Shown: piece after piece, positions 12,912 to 25,159 of the stretch | Numbering within the stretch: the stretch's first letter is position 1 | How the letters are laid out: each line of letters opens with the position of its first letter | Made by a program: the position numbers and the translations under genes | Notes under the pieces: generated by a model | Database searches by the model: none | Seen by the model: only the letters and a program-made list of their open reading frames with translations | What the model was told of the DNA's origin: nothing | Origin: Lama guanicoe | Lineage: Eukaryota | Assembly (NCBI GenBank): GCA_013239625.1 | Contig: MU053472.1 | Span: 806,001 to 870,000, forward strand | Direction of reading: 5' to 3' | Length of the DNA: 64,000 bases

Positions 12912-13599
12912 CTGAGATGGGAGGTCAGAGAACACAGACCGCCCCCAGGGCTCCATTCATCTCTGCCCCAGACGCAGATAGACAGACAGATGGACAGACA
13001 AACACAGTTAAAGGTACTGATAGTTCCTCATCCAAGGCTGCTCAAGGGTCAAGTCTGTCGAATGCGTGTGCATGTGCGTGTGTGTGCATGCACACACAGA
13101 CACACTTGGTGAGTGTTCATGGGGGATCTGCATATGTGTGGGGGCTGGGAAGGGAGCCAGGCCCCCCGCAGCCAGGCCTAGCCTCCCCTGCTCCCCACTG
13201 TGTCCCTGCCTCCCTTCCCGTGTCTAGGCTCCCTCATGCCAAGGGGTATCTTCTCCAGCTCATGCCAATCCATTGTGAAGGTCCGCTCAACCAGCAAGGG
13301 CATTTCTGGGGGTGTCCAGGGATGGACCCTGGGGGGGCTGGGGACCAATTCTGTACCCCCAGGCTGGCATTGCTGGGTGGACAGGGGTGGCAGAGAGACC
13401 CTGGGCTGTGTCAGGCTGAAGGTGAGTGCTGGAAACAAAAAGATTGGAGTAAATTATTATTCCCCCCATGGCTTTCCCAAGGAAAGTGGAAGCAGCAGCC
13501 TGAGGCCCGTTTTCCTATTTGATGGGGAATCAGATAAATGGCAGGCAGCTTGCTCTGATAAGGCCTTGCTCTGGGCACAACCTCTCTCTCTGAAACCCT

Positions 13600-14130
13600 C
13601 TTACTATGCATAGAGGAAGGCTATCTGTGCAGCTGCACCTTGACACAAATATATCTGCACCCGAGATGAAGCAATTCCCCCAGAAATTACAGCAGGGGGA
13701 TTGCATCTGAGGAGGGGGCCCCGGGGAGGGGCGGGGGGCTGCGAGGGAGGGAGCAGGGAGGGAGGAAGGGGAGAAGGAGAGGCCTGAGAAGAGGGAGGGG
13801 GCTGGGAGCTGGGGAGTGGGGAGGAAGAGGTCAAGAGGACCGCGCCAGGGAGGGGCGCAGAAGCATCTCTGGGTAAAATTTGCACATTTTTTTCCCCTCC
13901 TTGCAGCTTTCAGGGAAATATTCTTTTCCTCTTGCATCATCTTCCGAACAGAGCAACCCTCGGTCCCTCCACCGCACCCTCCTCCACTGCTGCCCTGACC
14001 ATATTCACCTCTTCCCGTAGAATTAAAAATAAAATATGTGAACAGTAAAATAGATTTTACAATTAGTCGCCCAAACGGAGGAGTCTCAGCCGCCTGAAAT
14101 TCTTTCTTTTCAGATGGGGAGTAGGGTGGT
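13600..14130. promoter_or_regulatory. Promoter/enhancer-like repeat-free block with GC box and polypurine tract
   Basis: GGGGCGGGG GC box at 13728-13736, GA-rich tract ~13745-13830, flanked by AT-richer unique sequence; no TE signature. Confidence 0.4.
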
Positions 14131-15821
14131 AGTGCGATTTAAATAAATAAGTACATAAGTAAGTACAAATTTTTGAAGAGTTGGAGAACGCAGAGTTCTG
14201 ACTGGGCATTTGAAACGCTTTTCCAACTTGTCTGTGTGCACGCATGCGTGTGTGTGCATGGAAAAATGTGGATGAATATGCCTGTGTTTGGGTGTGCTCT
14301 CGTGTGTGCAACACTAATGCACAGACAGGTACACACACTCTGCTGTTTTCACCTAGCCTGACGATACAGCGGGATCCCCCACTCTTCCTTCCCATCAGTG
14401 GCTGCCTGTCTCTGTGAGCTTGTGTATCCTGCCTCCCATGTCCCCAGTCAGGAGATCTGGAACCACCAGTCTCTTAGGAGGTCTCCAGGAAGCCCCCCGG
14501 CCCCAGTCAGAGAAGCTTAAGTGAGAGACATCCCATCAGGCACAAGATCCCCATCTCCTGCCAGACACCCCCGCCTCCTGGCTCTTCCTTAGCTGGGCAA
14601 AGGTGCCCAAGGGCGCTGGCAGCAGGCTGAGGTCGGGGGGCAAGTACATGGGGGAAGGGAGGTGAGGCCATGTGGGTCGGCGGTCCTGTTCCCAAAGCTC
14701 TGGGGCTTAGGGGGCACAGGGTGGGCTTGTTGGGGTGGGATGGGCAACAGGAGGCGTTGCCTGTGCAGGCGGGTGTGAGAGGAGGAAGTCGGGGGGGGGG
14801 GAGTACACGCATCCATGTCCCCTCCCTCCCCAAACTGGCACCTGCCTTGAGTCTGACTGTCGAACAGCTGCGAGACACAGGAGTCAGCCGACAGATGCCA
14901 CGGCCCGGCTTTGTCTGAGCAAGAGAAAACTCACGCCCTCCCCTTAAGCCCCCGTGGTGGTGGAGGCTGGGCGGTTTACCCATCTCACCCTCCAACTCCG
15001 TCTCCAGCCCTGGAAAGCAACAGGGCCCTTCACCCTGTCCCCCAACTTGCAGGAATTGGTGGGGGGGGACGATGGGGAAGATGCAGGAAAGTGAACGTTT
15101 GGGGGAGAGATGCTTTCAATTCTCTTTCCTAAACTGTGTGATGAGCTCCTGGAACCCACCTATGTCAGGGGGTGGCGGTGTTGGTAGGGGGTGGGGTACT
15201 CTGTCATGTCAACCTAAGGCAGCTGGAAAAGGGCTGAGCTGACGGGCAGGAAATCAGGCTTCTAATTCTATCTCTGCCACTTCTCTGTGGCCTCTTCTGG
15301 GCCTCGCTTTTCTCATCTGTTAAATGGGGGGAAGCAATTATTCAAACGATAGATGTAGGGTCAAATTACACAGATGACTTGTTTTTAGATGTGTACCAAT
15401 CCGATGAGGCAAGAACCAACTGGTTGTGACTTTATCTTACCTACTGCGGATTTGTGCTGAGCCTGGGAGAACCCAAGGCCCGGTCTCCCTGCAGGAAGTA
15501 ATCCCTGGGAAGTAAACAGCCTCTCCCAGGCTGGCAGGGTTCCCTGGACTCACCTGCAAGCTGGCTCTGGACACAGGCTAGGGAATAGGAGCCTTCCAAG
15601 GGGACGTGCTGTGGATAACCAGGCTGGGCCACATTGCAGGTAGAACACTCACCCCATCCCCAATTTTTCTGCAGTGGAAGACTTAGCCAGAGGGTCAAAA
15701 GGGCCAGGGAGTCTGGGAACTGCCCTTTTCGAACAAATAGGAGAAGGAAAAGGTCCCTAGGGAAGCCAAGAGGGCATGTAGAGTTACCCTATTATCCTCC
15801 ATGTTGGCAAGCTGGTGTCTA

Positions 15822-16250
15822 CTTCGGGACATGAACCTCCATCCATCCCTCGAGTAGGATTCGGGCCATCATAGATCTCATATTGGGATGCTGACCGTCA
15901 CACTCATCTCTGTGTAACACCGTCATTGATCCTGATATTGGGGCATCGATTCCCCTTCACCAACTCTGAATCGGGGCATTGATCGCTATACCGGGATATT
16001 GACCCCCTTACCCATCCCTGTGATGGAACATTGATTCTTCCCAACCAACTCTGTATTGGGACATTGATCCACATGTGGGTCACTGATTTCCTCAACTAAC
16101 TCTTCATCGGGGTATGGATCCCTCCACTGGAATGTTGACTCCCTTTCCCATCCAACTCTGGATTGGGACACTGATCCCACACTGGGGATGCTGGCTTGTT
16201 CTTCTCTCTCAGTATCAGGACATCGTCCACCACCCAACGCTGAATAAAGA
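15822..16250. repeat. Degenerate higher-order minisatellite (core ~ATTGGGACATTGATCC, spacer CCAACTCTG)
   Basis: About 13-15 degenerate core copies, e.g. at 15937, 15970, 15990, 16055 and 16162; CCAACTCTG at 15960, 16045 and 16152. Confidence 0.75.
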
Positions 16251-18847
16251 CACTGAGTTTTATTTTAGGGCTGTGGTCCCTTCATTCCACCAATCATTCA
16301 TTTGTTATGTCTACTGTGTGTCAGTTTTTGTGCTAACAGTTGGGATCTCCGTTTTTCTTTCTCTTTCTACCATGGGTCCCCACTATAAAGACCCTGATTC
16401 TCCTTCAGTCTTCATAGTTGAACAGTGACCCACCTCCCTGCAGCCATCACCCCATTCTTCCTCCCCCAGTGACTTAACCGAAGGTCTATGGTCACTGGTC
16501 AGACGAAGAGAGCCTAATGAAGTTGGGGGCCACTTCATTAGCATTGACTCTGGAGTCATGAGTTTGAAACCTGGCCTTCACCAATTACTAGCCTCAGTTT
16601 CCTCATCTTTCCAGTGGGGGGAAGGTCACCCACTTTTCAGACTTCTGGTGCAGATGAAGGGAGAGAATGTATAGGGAGCCCTGAATGGGACCCAGAGCAC
16701 AGAGAGCGCAGTGCCTCATAACAAGGCTTTCTGTTCCCTGCCCTCTTTTCCCCTGACCCAGGGAGGTGGCTCTTAAATTGACACTCCCATGAGCCCCCTC
16801 ACATACTGCTAATGGGACGGAGACCTTCCCTCTTCCCAAATCCACCACAGGCAGCATCTCTCATGAAGTAGGTCCTCACGAAATTTCAGATCCAGCTCTC
16901 ATTTAAAAAAAAAATAATCCACATTATATAGACAGCGAAGAGGAGCAACGTTTCCATGCCGAGCCTGCGTGTAATTACATATTTTGGCCGCGTGCTGGGC
17001 CCGGGATAAATCTGTATGGTAATATAGGCCAGGGACTTACGATGGAGGCACACATGCTAATTTTTAAACCACAAAATCGCGGCTGTTTTCATTTTCATTT
17101 CCAACAACACTGGCAGAGATTAGGTACTATTAAGCACCATGGGGCCTGTCCTCCCCCTGGCCACCTGCAGGGTTCCTCATGGCTTTTGTGGACTCCTTGG
17201 GCCTAGCGCTGAGGCAAACACAGCCTTCCTAATTGTAGGGCACAGCTCTGCCCAGGAGGACGTGCCCAGGTTGGCAGACTGAGGTCGTCGACCCCCTTCA
17301 CCCACTCCGGGGCGGGGGCTAGGTCTCCTTCTGCTTGGGGACGCAGGACTCGGAGCTCACAGTGCCCATGGGGACTGAATTCCAGGCTGATGCTCCTCCT
17401 CATGGGAAAGAAAGTTGGCTGCCCTCCTCAAAGGCCCGGGGTGTCCTCAGGACCCTGGAGAGCAAGGGCTTGGCTCACTTACTAACACCCTCAGTCCTGG
17501 CCTGGACCCAACTTGATGTGTGACCTTGTGCAAGTCCTTCTCTCCCCTGGGCCTCCTTTTCCATCTGTTCAGCCCATGAGAGCGCAAATGAGGTGATCTG
17601 GACTATTCCTTCCGGTTCTGATGGCTGCGCACGTGAACTTCCCATTCTCCACAAAAGGGCAAATGGAACAGGGATGCCAGCAGCTAGGGGTTACATACAC
17701 TGTTAAACTCTAAACGTTCACTGTCTCTTTTAATCTTCCCCTTGACCCCCTCCCATATTCACCACCCACCTATCTGTTTGCTCACCTGTACAATGGAAGC
17801 ATAACTGAAAACAGTACGACCTGATAAGGTATTTATTTGGGGGATCAAATGAATTGTCATAGGATATCCAAGACGCTGAGAACAATGCCAGGCGCACAAT
17901 CAACTTCCTATATCCACTGGGTGTTATTACTGTTTTACAGATAAGGAGATGGAGGCTCAGAAAAGGGTAAGTAGCTCACTCAAGGCCACACTGTTGGAAC
18001 CCAAATTGCAACCCAGGTCCCTGTTTAGCTCTCCAACTGACGCTTTGTCCCATTCATCTCTTCCCTACCCAAAGGAGGGGGCAGATTCTCTGCCTCCCGT
18101 TCAGCCCCCATTCCTGGGCCCTGAGCAAAAATGACAGCAGGGAGATGCTGAGATAGACAAGAAGATCTGAGGGGACCCCTGAGTGGGGTCCTGCCAGGCC
18201 GCTACATCCAACCTTGACTCCCAGAGGTCCCTGGGCACAAGGGAGGCAGCCCAGGCTTGGCCTGATGTTGGGGTCTGGCTTACCCTCTGCTTGTCTGAGA
18301 GGAGAGGAGGGTCGGGAGGGGCCAGGGAGGAGGAGCTGGCCCAGCCCCCTTCCATTCTCCCTCCATCTGCACCCAGAAGCAGCCAAGCGTGGCGGCCAGC
18401 TACCCCTCCCACTCCCGCCCCCTCAGCATTCTCCCCTCCTGGGTGAGGGCTGCCCTGTCTCTGGGGGGGACCTGGTCTGTGCTCAATTTCATGCCACTTA
18501 ATTCCCAAGTCTGCCCGTGAAAATGGCGACAAATCGGCCCCAACTGCCCAAATGTCCCGTCCCATCTCGGATGTCTCTTCTGCATCCTCCCACCCACCCC
18601 CGCCCCTGTCTGACAGCCCCTCACTCATCAGGCTGGAGAGGGAGCATCCATGGAGCCAGGGAGCAGAGAGAGCCTTACTGCTGACTCAGATTCTCAGGGG
18701 CTCTCCTCCCCGGGCCCCCGTGCTCATCCCTTCTCCACCAGGGCTAAGCCCCAGACCTAGAGGTGACCCATCACATGCTCCCTCAAGTGCATGGTCAATG
18801 TTTGGGCACTGTTTTATTTTGAATTTTAATATTACTGCATAATGCTT

Positions 18848-18945
18848 ATTATTATTATTTTTTGCAATGGAGGTACTGGGAATTGAACCCAAGATCGTGC
18901 ATGCTAAGCACATGCTCTACCACTGAGCAATACACCTCACCCCCG
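18848..18945 (-). mobile_element. Vic-1-type camelid SINE with TSD
   Basis: ggaggtactgggaattgaacccaag...ctctaccactgagcaatac; TSD GCATAATGCTT (18837-18847) / GCATAGTGCTT (18946-18956). Confidence 0.85.
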
Positions 18946-18989
18946 GCATAGTGCTTCTTCTTTTACTTATTTGTGTATTCTCTTTAAAG

Positions 18990-19300
18990 AATGATTTGGT
19001 TTATTTGTGAATAGGTAACCCATTCACACTATTCAAATTTCCAAAAGCATAAAAGGGAGTGTGAAATGGCTTCCTCTCACCCTGGTACCCTTCCCCTAGG
19101 GCTCCCCATCCCCCAGGGCACCCCCATCCCCCAGTTCCCACCCCAAGGGCAACCAATGTCCCTGATTCTTGGGTATCCGTCCAGAGAACTATTATGCAAA
19201 AATAAGCAAATACATATAGTCTTTCCCACCAATGGTGGTGCACTGTTCATGCAGATCTGCACCTCACTGTTTTCGCCACTATGTCTCAGTGACCACAGTC
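18990..19300 (-). mobile_element. Ancient L1ME 3' UTR fragment
   Basis: ttcaaatttccaaaagcataaaaggg...ccccaagggcaaccaatgtccctgattcttgggtatccgtccagag is typical reverse-strand L1ME 3' end. Confidence 0.6.
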
Positions 19301-20747
19301 TCCTCTTACACCCTTGGCCCTCCACACACGGCAGGTATTTGAAGTTCTCCTCCTCTCTGCCCACCATAAATGTTTTGAAGCCATAGGGACCAGTATTCAA
19401 TCCTACCTGTACCAACTGCTCCCTGGGTGGCCTCGGCAAGTTCATTTGTCTTTTGGGTCTCCATCTCCAACCAAATCTGTAAAATGGGACTATTAATGTA
19501 CGCCCACCTCCCAAGACTACTGGGGTGGGATGGTAATAAAGAAGATAATGGATCCAAGTGCCAAGAGGTAAAGCAAAACTGCCCATTCCGTTCCCCTTTC
19601 CTCTCCGTCCTCCCATCAGATGAATGCTTACTTGTCCTTTAAGCCCTGGGTCAATGCCACCTCCTCTTGAGTCCCCGCCCCGAAGGAATCAGGCCACCTC
19701 TTTGCACCTGTTGTGTGTTGGACCTGCCTCGACGACAGTGTCACTGTGTGTGGTGTAACCGTCTATACTCATCTCCCCACTACAGGGCTACGAGTGACTT
19801 GAGGGCTTCTGATGAGCAGGAATGAAAATATGACGGTGTACTTTACCTTTAAATATTGACACCCTCCCCCACCCTGCCCCCACATTCCCACACCTGAGCT
19901 GATCAGGGGGACAGGCACAGACATAGAGTTTCCACCCAAAGAAAGAGCGTGAAGTTACCAACGGCAAAAGCTGGATCTGAAAGGAACTGATGCAGTTTGT
20001 GAGTGGTGGAGGCAAGAGAGAGGAGAGCTGAAGTTTGGGGAGAGAAAAAGGAAAAAGGGGTGTGAGAGTATAATGACCTAGGAGACTTTGGGGAAAGACA
20101 GGATTAAAAAGGATTTTGAGAGTTTTGCTGTATATTGTGTGATGTAATTTCCTTCTCCACTACGCTACTTTTCCAAGAGAGTTTCGTAAAGACCTCGTTG
20201 CAAATCAGTGCTTTTGGGAGATCTTAGGTTTCCTTTTGAATACAACCCAGGCTGAGACTGACCTAAGATTTATCCAGGTTGCATGGTACACCCAGGGCCT
20301 GGCTCAGCAGAAGGGCTGAATCATAGAAAGACGAGAAGGGCAGGTGGAGGGAGGGTGCATACCGGCTGTGGCTCTCAGTGCCTCCTCCAGGCAGCCCACG
20401 TGGTGGACAATGCTCACGTGTTTATGGCAACACGTTTCCCAGGAGCCCCCAGATTTTGATGAACCACCTCCCCACGCCCCAGCTCCCCCAAATTTGTAAA
20501 TAAACAAAGCCCTGAGATTTTTTAATTGGCGCAACCACTAAGGACATCTCAGAAACACTCCCTCGCCATGGTTGTGGTGCACACAGAAGGGGATGGGTGA
20601 TGAGTATGATTCTCTGCCAGCTTCTTTCTTTCTCTGCCTCTAAAGAAAGTTATGAGGAAGCAGATGAGCTAGATGCCTCTAGATAAATATTACTTCGTTT
20701 TATTCCTTCCAGCAATCTTGTGAGGTGAGATTAATGTCCTCATTTTA

Positions 20748-21104
20748 ATTTCAATTTCCAATTGTTTATTGTTAGCATGTCAGATACAATTGATTTTTAT
20801 ATATTGACCTTGTATCCTTCAACTTTACTAAATTCATTAGTTCTAGTAGCTTTTTTTTCTTTTTCTTTTTCTTTTTTTTTTTTTTTTTGGGATGGTTGTT
20901 TCATTGATTCCTTAGGGTTTCCTGTGACAATGATCATGTCTATGAATAATGACGGTTTCTCTTTTTCCTTTCCAATCTGCGTGTCTTTTATTTCTTTTTC
21001 TTGCCCTATTGCACTGGTTAGGGTCTCCAGTAAAGTGTGAAATAGGGGTGGTGAGAGCAGACATCCTTGCCTTGTTCCTGATATTTGGGGAAAATTTTCC
21101 CTGT
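20748..21104 (-). mobile_element. Internal L1 ORF2 reverse-transcriptase fragment (degenerate)
   Basis: Minus-strand translation ENFPQISGTRQGCLLSPPLFHTLLETLTSAIGQEKEIKDTQIGKEKEKPSLFIDMIIVTGNPKES matches the L1 RT motif GTRQGCPLSPLLF...[29 protein letters not shown]. Confidence 0.9.
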
Positions 21105-21599
21105 TTTACAGTTGAAAAAATTGAGTCATAGGTGTTCAGTAACAAACCCAAGGGCCCCCAACTAGTCAGTGACAGTGCCAGAATCAGAACACAGATCTAC
21201 CTGGCTCGAAAACCTGTCCCCTTTCTACTGCGCCCAGCTTTGCAAGCAGGAAAGTGCTGTACAAAATATGGAATTATAAGCATTTCCTCTTTGTAGACCC
21301 CTGGGTGCCCAGTCCCAGATGCATAGCAGCTGCTTGGTGAAAACTTGCTGTCTGATTGGAAGCAGTGAGGCCCAAACCAGAAAGTGACATGGGGTGATCT
21401 CCCACCTTGATATGGGGGTGTACAGTGGGGTTGAGGGTGGGGAAGTTTCCATCCCACTCTGGAGGCTCACTTCACAAGGAATGGTCCCTTGGACGGGCAC
21501 AGAGGTTGGTTCTTGGAAACAAATGAAGGATTCCATTTAGAAGACTGAGATGCAAAAGGGAGGGAGGGGGTACAGCTGGATCTTTAAGAAGAAGAACAG

Positions 21600-21830
21600 G
21601 TGGTGGATAAAAATGAAAACTGTGGAGACAGACTTCCTAGCTTGAAACCCAGTTCTACCACCTACTGGCTGTGTGACTTTGGGCAAGTTACCCAGCCTCT
21701 CTATACTTCAGTCTTCTCAACTGTATAACAAGGATAATTGCATTTCTACCCCATAAACTCAAGATGAGGGTTATGAGAGTTAATACACAGTAAATGCCCC
21801 ACGGTAAGTGCTACACGAGGGTGAGCAACT
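21600..21830 (+). mobile_element. MIR SINE
   Basis: ttgaaacccagttctaccacctactggctgtgtgactttgggcaagttacccagcctctc. Confidence 0.85.
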
Positions 21831-22509
21831 ATAATTTTTGTTGAGTCACAGGACTGTTTGAGGGGACCTCCAGAAGCCAGCAGGAACTATTCCCCTGCCT
21901 CTTTGAAAACACACACACCCACACACAAACACACACGCACGTCCTGCTTCAAGCCCCCACGATTGTACATAGAGCTGTCTCTCAAGTGACCAAGTTACTT
22001 AAAGTTTCCGAGCCTCAGTTTCTTCAGACACAGAATGGGGTAATGAGTCCTGTCTGGCACCATGTAGCTGAGGTGTGGCAAAGCGCTGTGAACATGTGGT
22101 AACGACAAAAATAATGACGACTTCCAAGTGCCTCCTCTCTGCGAGGTTTAATCTGTGTGTCCTCACCTGTCCCGGTGAGGTAGACGGGCTGTCCCATTTT
22201 CTATTCGAGAAAACCAAGGTCAGATGACAGGATCGAACCCAAGTAGGGCCATCTCCAAGGTCTAAATCTTTTTTTTATTTTTGCGCAGTTCTCCTCCTGG
22301 GACCAAGGGGCCGGAGCCACAGCATCTGGGTTCAGGTGCCCCCTCCCCCAGGCCTCCCCTCCCAGGCCCTCCCCGGGGTGAGGGGCCGCCCCTCCGTCGC
22401 TCGCTTGTCCAGCCAAAGGCAGGCGGGCGGGCGGCGGGCGGCTTTGGTGCATGGGGCAGATGGGACGTTCACAAAAGCCCCCGCACCTCTCCAAGCTGGT
22501 CCCCCCCAC

Positions 22510-22780
22510 ACGCCTGATTACCCCCCAATACCCAAGTTACCATTGATACAGTGGTGCTGGGTGATTCAATTAGTGCAGCCGGCATGAAGGCAGCAGCACA
22601 AAGAGCTGCGGTAGTTAGAAACTCATTTTCTTTTGATTATTATAGCATCTCACACGTGGAAGCAGAAAATTATAGGCTCATGTGTCTTTGCTTAATATCC
22701 TCTGGGGCCAGATTTGTCGTCGTGTTGAAGTTAGCTGTCAGGATTGACAAAATCATGCGGAGTTGATGGATTTACAGTGC
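22510..22780. promoter_or_regulatory. Enhancer-like unique block with PBX-HOX and MEIS motifs
   Basis: TGATGGAT at 22764-22771, CTGTCA at 22735-22740, several TAAT/ATTA cores; repeat-free and AT-richer than its flanks. Confidence 0.45.
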
Positions 22781-22814
22781 CCGGGCCCCGCCAAGCTGGA
22801 GAGGTGCAGCCCTG

Positions 22815-23700
22815 CACAGACGCACAGAGACGCGCTCACAGACACTCACACACACACCCTGACACACCCCATTCAGACACAAAGATACACACCCCCTGCC
22901 CTCCAGAGACTGAGACACAGACACTCACAGAGATTCATGCGCAGACGTACACACTCCCACACACTTATACACCCACACAGACACACACAGATACATACAT
23001 GTCATACACTGCTATACGCTCACTGAGTCTCACATGGGATATACAGCTCCCACGCCCTGAAACACCCCACCCAGACTTACACACACACGGACACACACTC
23101 ATATCCTACACCAGGCACACTGATAAGCAGATACACGCGGTCGCATGCATGCAAATACTCACCCTCCAAGCCGATAACCCCACCCAGACACACACCCAGA
23201 TGTTCATACCCTCCCCCACAGATACACACACACCTCGACACACACAGATACAACCGTCCACTGCGATCCACACCCACACAGATGCGTACACAGATCCACA
23301 GACACAGCCACTGATGTACCCCAGTCAGGTCCTCGAGGGCCCTCCACACCAACGCACGCTCACCTGGGCGCACACTCTGGTCCTCACCTCCACTTTCATG
23401 CACAACCCTGGAGAGACTCACACCCACACCAACACACTCAGACACACACGTGCACACTCCTACCACACACTGTACGCTCCTATTCAGAAGCACATGTCCA
23501 CGGCGCCGTCTGCCTGAGTCACACACACGTATCCAGACCCACACACACAGCAGGCACAGAGACGGTGGGCACACCCAGAGCAAGAGACACACAGGCAGCG
23601 AGTCACAGTAATATACTTACACACGCTAGGATGCCTAGCCAAGTGGCGGCACACATAGACAGAGCAAGATGACATAGAGTCGCAGGCACAGGGGACCGAG
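22815..23700. repeat. Long degenerate (CA)n-rich low-complexity tract
   Basis: ~900 bp of interrupted cacaca/acagac units. Confidence 0.85.
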
Positions 23701-25159
23701 AGACACGTTCTCAGAGGCACGCGAGCACGAGGGCACAGGCAGCTTCTCACGCCCCCACCGCAGACCTTTTCCTTCCCTGTTTCTCTTTCTCTCCTCGCCC
23801 TCATCCTCACCTGCCCTGGCTGCAGTGGGAGAGCCCGGGAGCGATGCGGAGACAGAACCAGAATGAGGATGGGGGCCCCACTGCTGGCTGCCCAGGACAC
23901 CCCCACTCCAGGCTTAGCTCTCTGGTACTGGAAGGTTCCTCGGAGATGGCCCAGGCCCACTGCCTCTCTTTACAGAGGGGAACTCAAGAGCCAGTGCTCC
24001 CCTACCCCTGCTCACCAACAGGTAACAGGGCACCTGCTCTGGGAGAGGAGCTGGGGGCTGTACCCCAAGTTCCCTTGGGGAGGCAGAGGAGACTTGCCCC
24101 GGTGAACTCCCGGTCAGAGGGTCCAGTCCCAGCCATCCGTACTGTAGGGACAGCAGTTACAAGTCCAGATGCAGCTCAGACAGGCCTGGGTTGGGGCCTG
24201 ACACATCACTTGGGAAGCCCTGGGTTCACGTCCGTGTTGGTGTCGCACCATGAGAGTGGAGGAGGGGCCTGGAGTCACTTGGCCATGGCTCTGGCTCTCG
24301 GGCTTCTGAAGGTGGGAGTGAAGAGTCATGAGTTCTAGAACCTTTGAGCTGAGGCTCAACCAGCTCCCATCCCCTGGCAAGGGGAGAATCTACCCTGTCC
24401 ACGTGTCCACTCTACACTACACATGTGCTACCTGACCTCATCTTCCCTCGGCGGCCCTGGGAGCTGGTCTCAGTATTCCTGCTTGGCCAAGGAGGAGCCT
24501 GTCTGTCACTTGGAGAAGGTAAATGACTTGCCCAAAGTCACACAGCTATAAAAGAAGGATTACTGACTTCCAAGCCCTTGCTTGCTCCTCTCCACCATGT
24601 GAGGTCGGCTGACTTCCAGCAGAGCAGGCAGGAATGGGACCCCCTGGCTCAGTCAGGCCTGAGGGCCCAGGGCCCAGCCACTGGCTTCCTCATGGAAGGT
24701 GACCCAGCGAGTGAGAGGCAATGGCTAGAGAGGAAAGAGCGTGGGCTTTGGGGGTCAGACGAAGACAGATTCGAATCCTGACTCTACAGTCTCAGGAAAA
24801 TTGCTTTGCCTCTCAGCCTAATTTCTTTTCCGTCAAATGGAAATGCTAAGTCCACTTATGGGCTGGAGAGAACACATGTGTATATATAGTGGAATATGTG
24901 TGGTAGAGAATGTATGTGTTGTACACAGCAAGTGTTTAATACACAACAGTTGATTTTGGCAGTTACCATCAAGGCTCCCCAGCACGCCCTGGGCAGTATC
25001 CCCGGCCCACCCCACTCTGGGTCACTCACCCCATCTACAGTCCCTCCCCACCTCTACCCTGGCCCCGCCCACGTCTGTGGCTGCTGAGGGCCTTGGGGCC
25101 GGAGGTCCCCTGGAGACTTGGAATAAATCCACAGACTTCTCAGGCTCCCAGGCATCATT

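Noticed and set aside
13419..13427. Perfect + strand splice donor AAG|GTGAGT
   Set aside because: Isolated consensus matches are expected by chance in 64 kb; no supporting exon chain
15822..16250. CRISPR-like repeat-spacer array
   Set aside because: Mammalian DNA; repeats are highly degenerate, spacers are related to each other, and there are no cas genes
20748..21104. Functional reverse transcriptase gene
   Set aside because: Short L1 fragment with an eroded FADD motif and an interrupting T-run; a fossil
22744..23517. 257-aa His/Thr-rich ORF
   Set aside because: Translation of a degenerate (CA)n tract, which lacks stop codons
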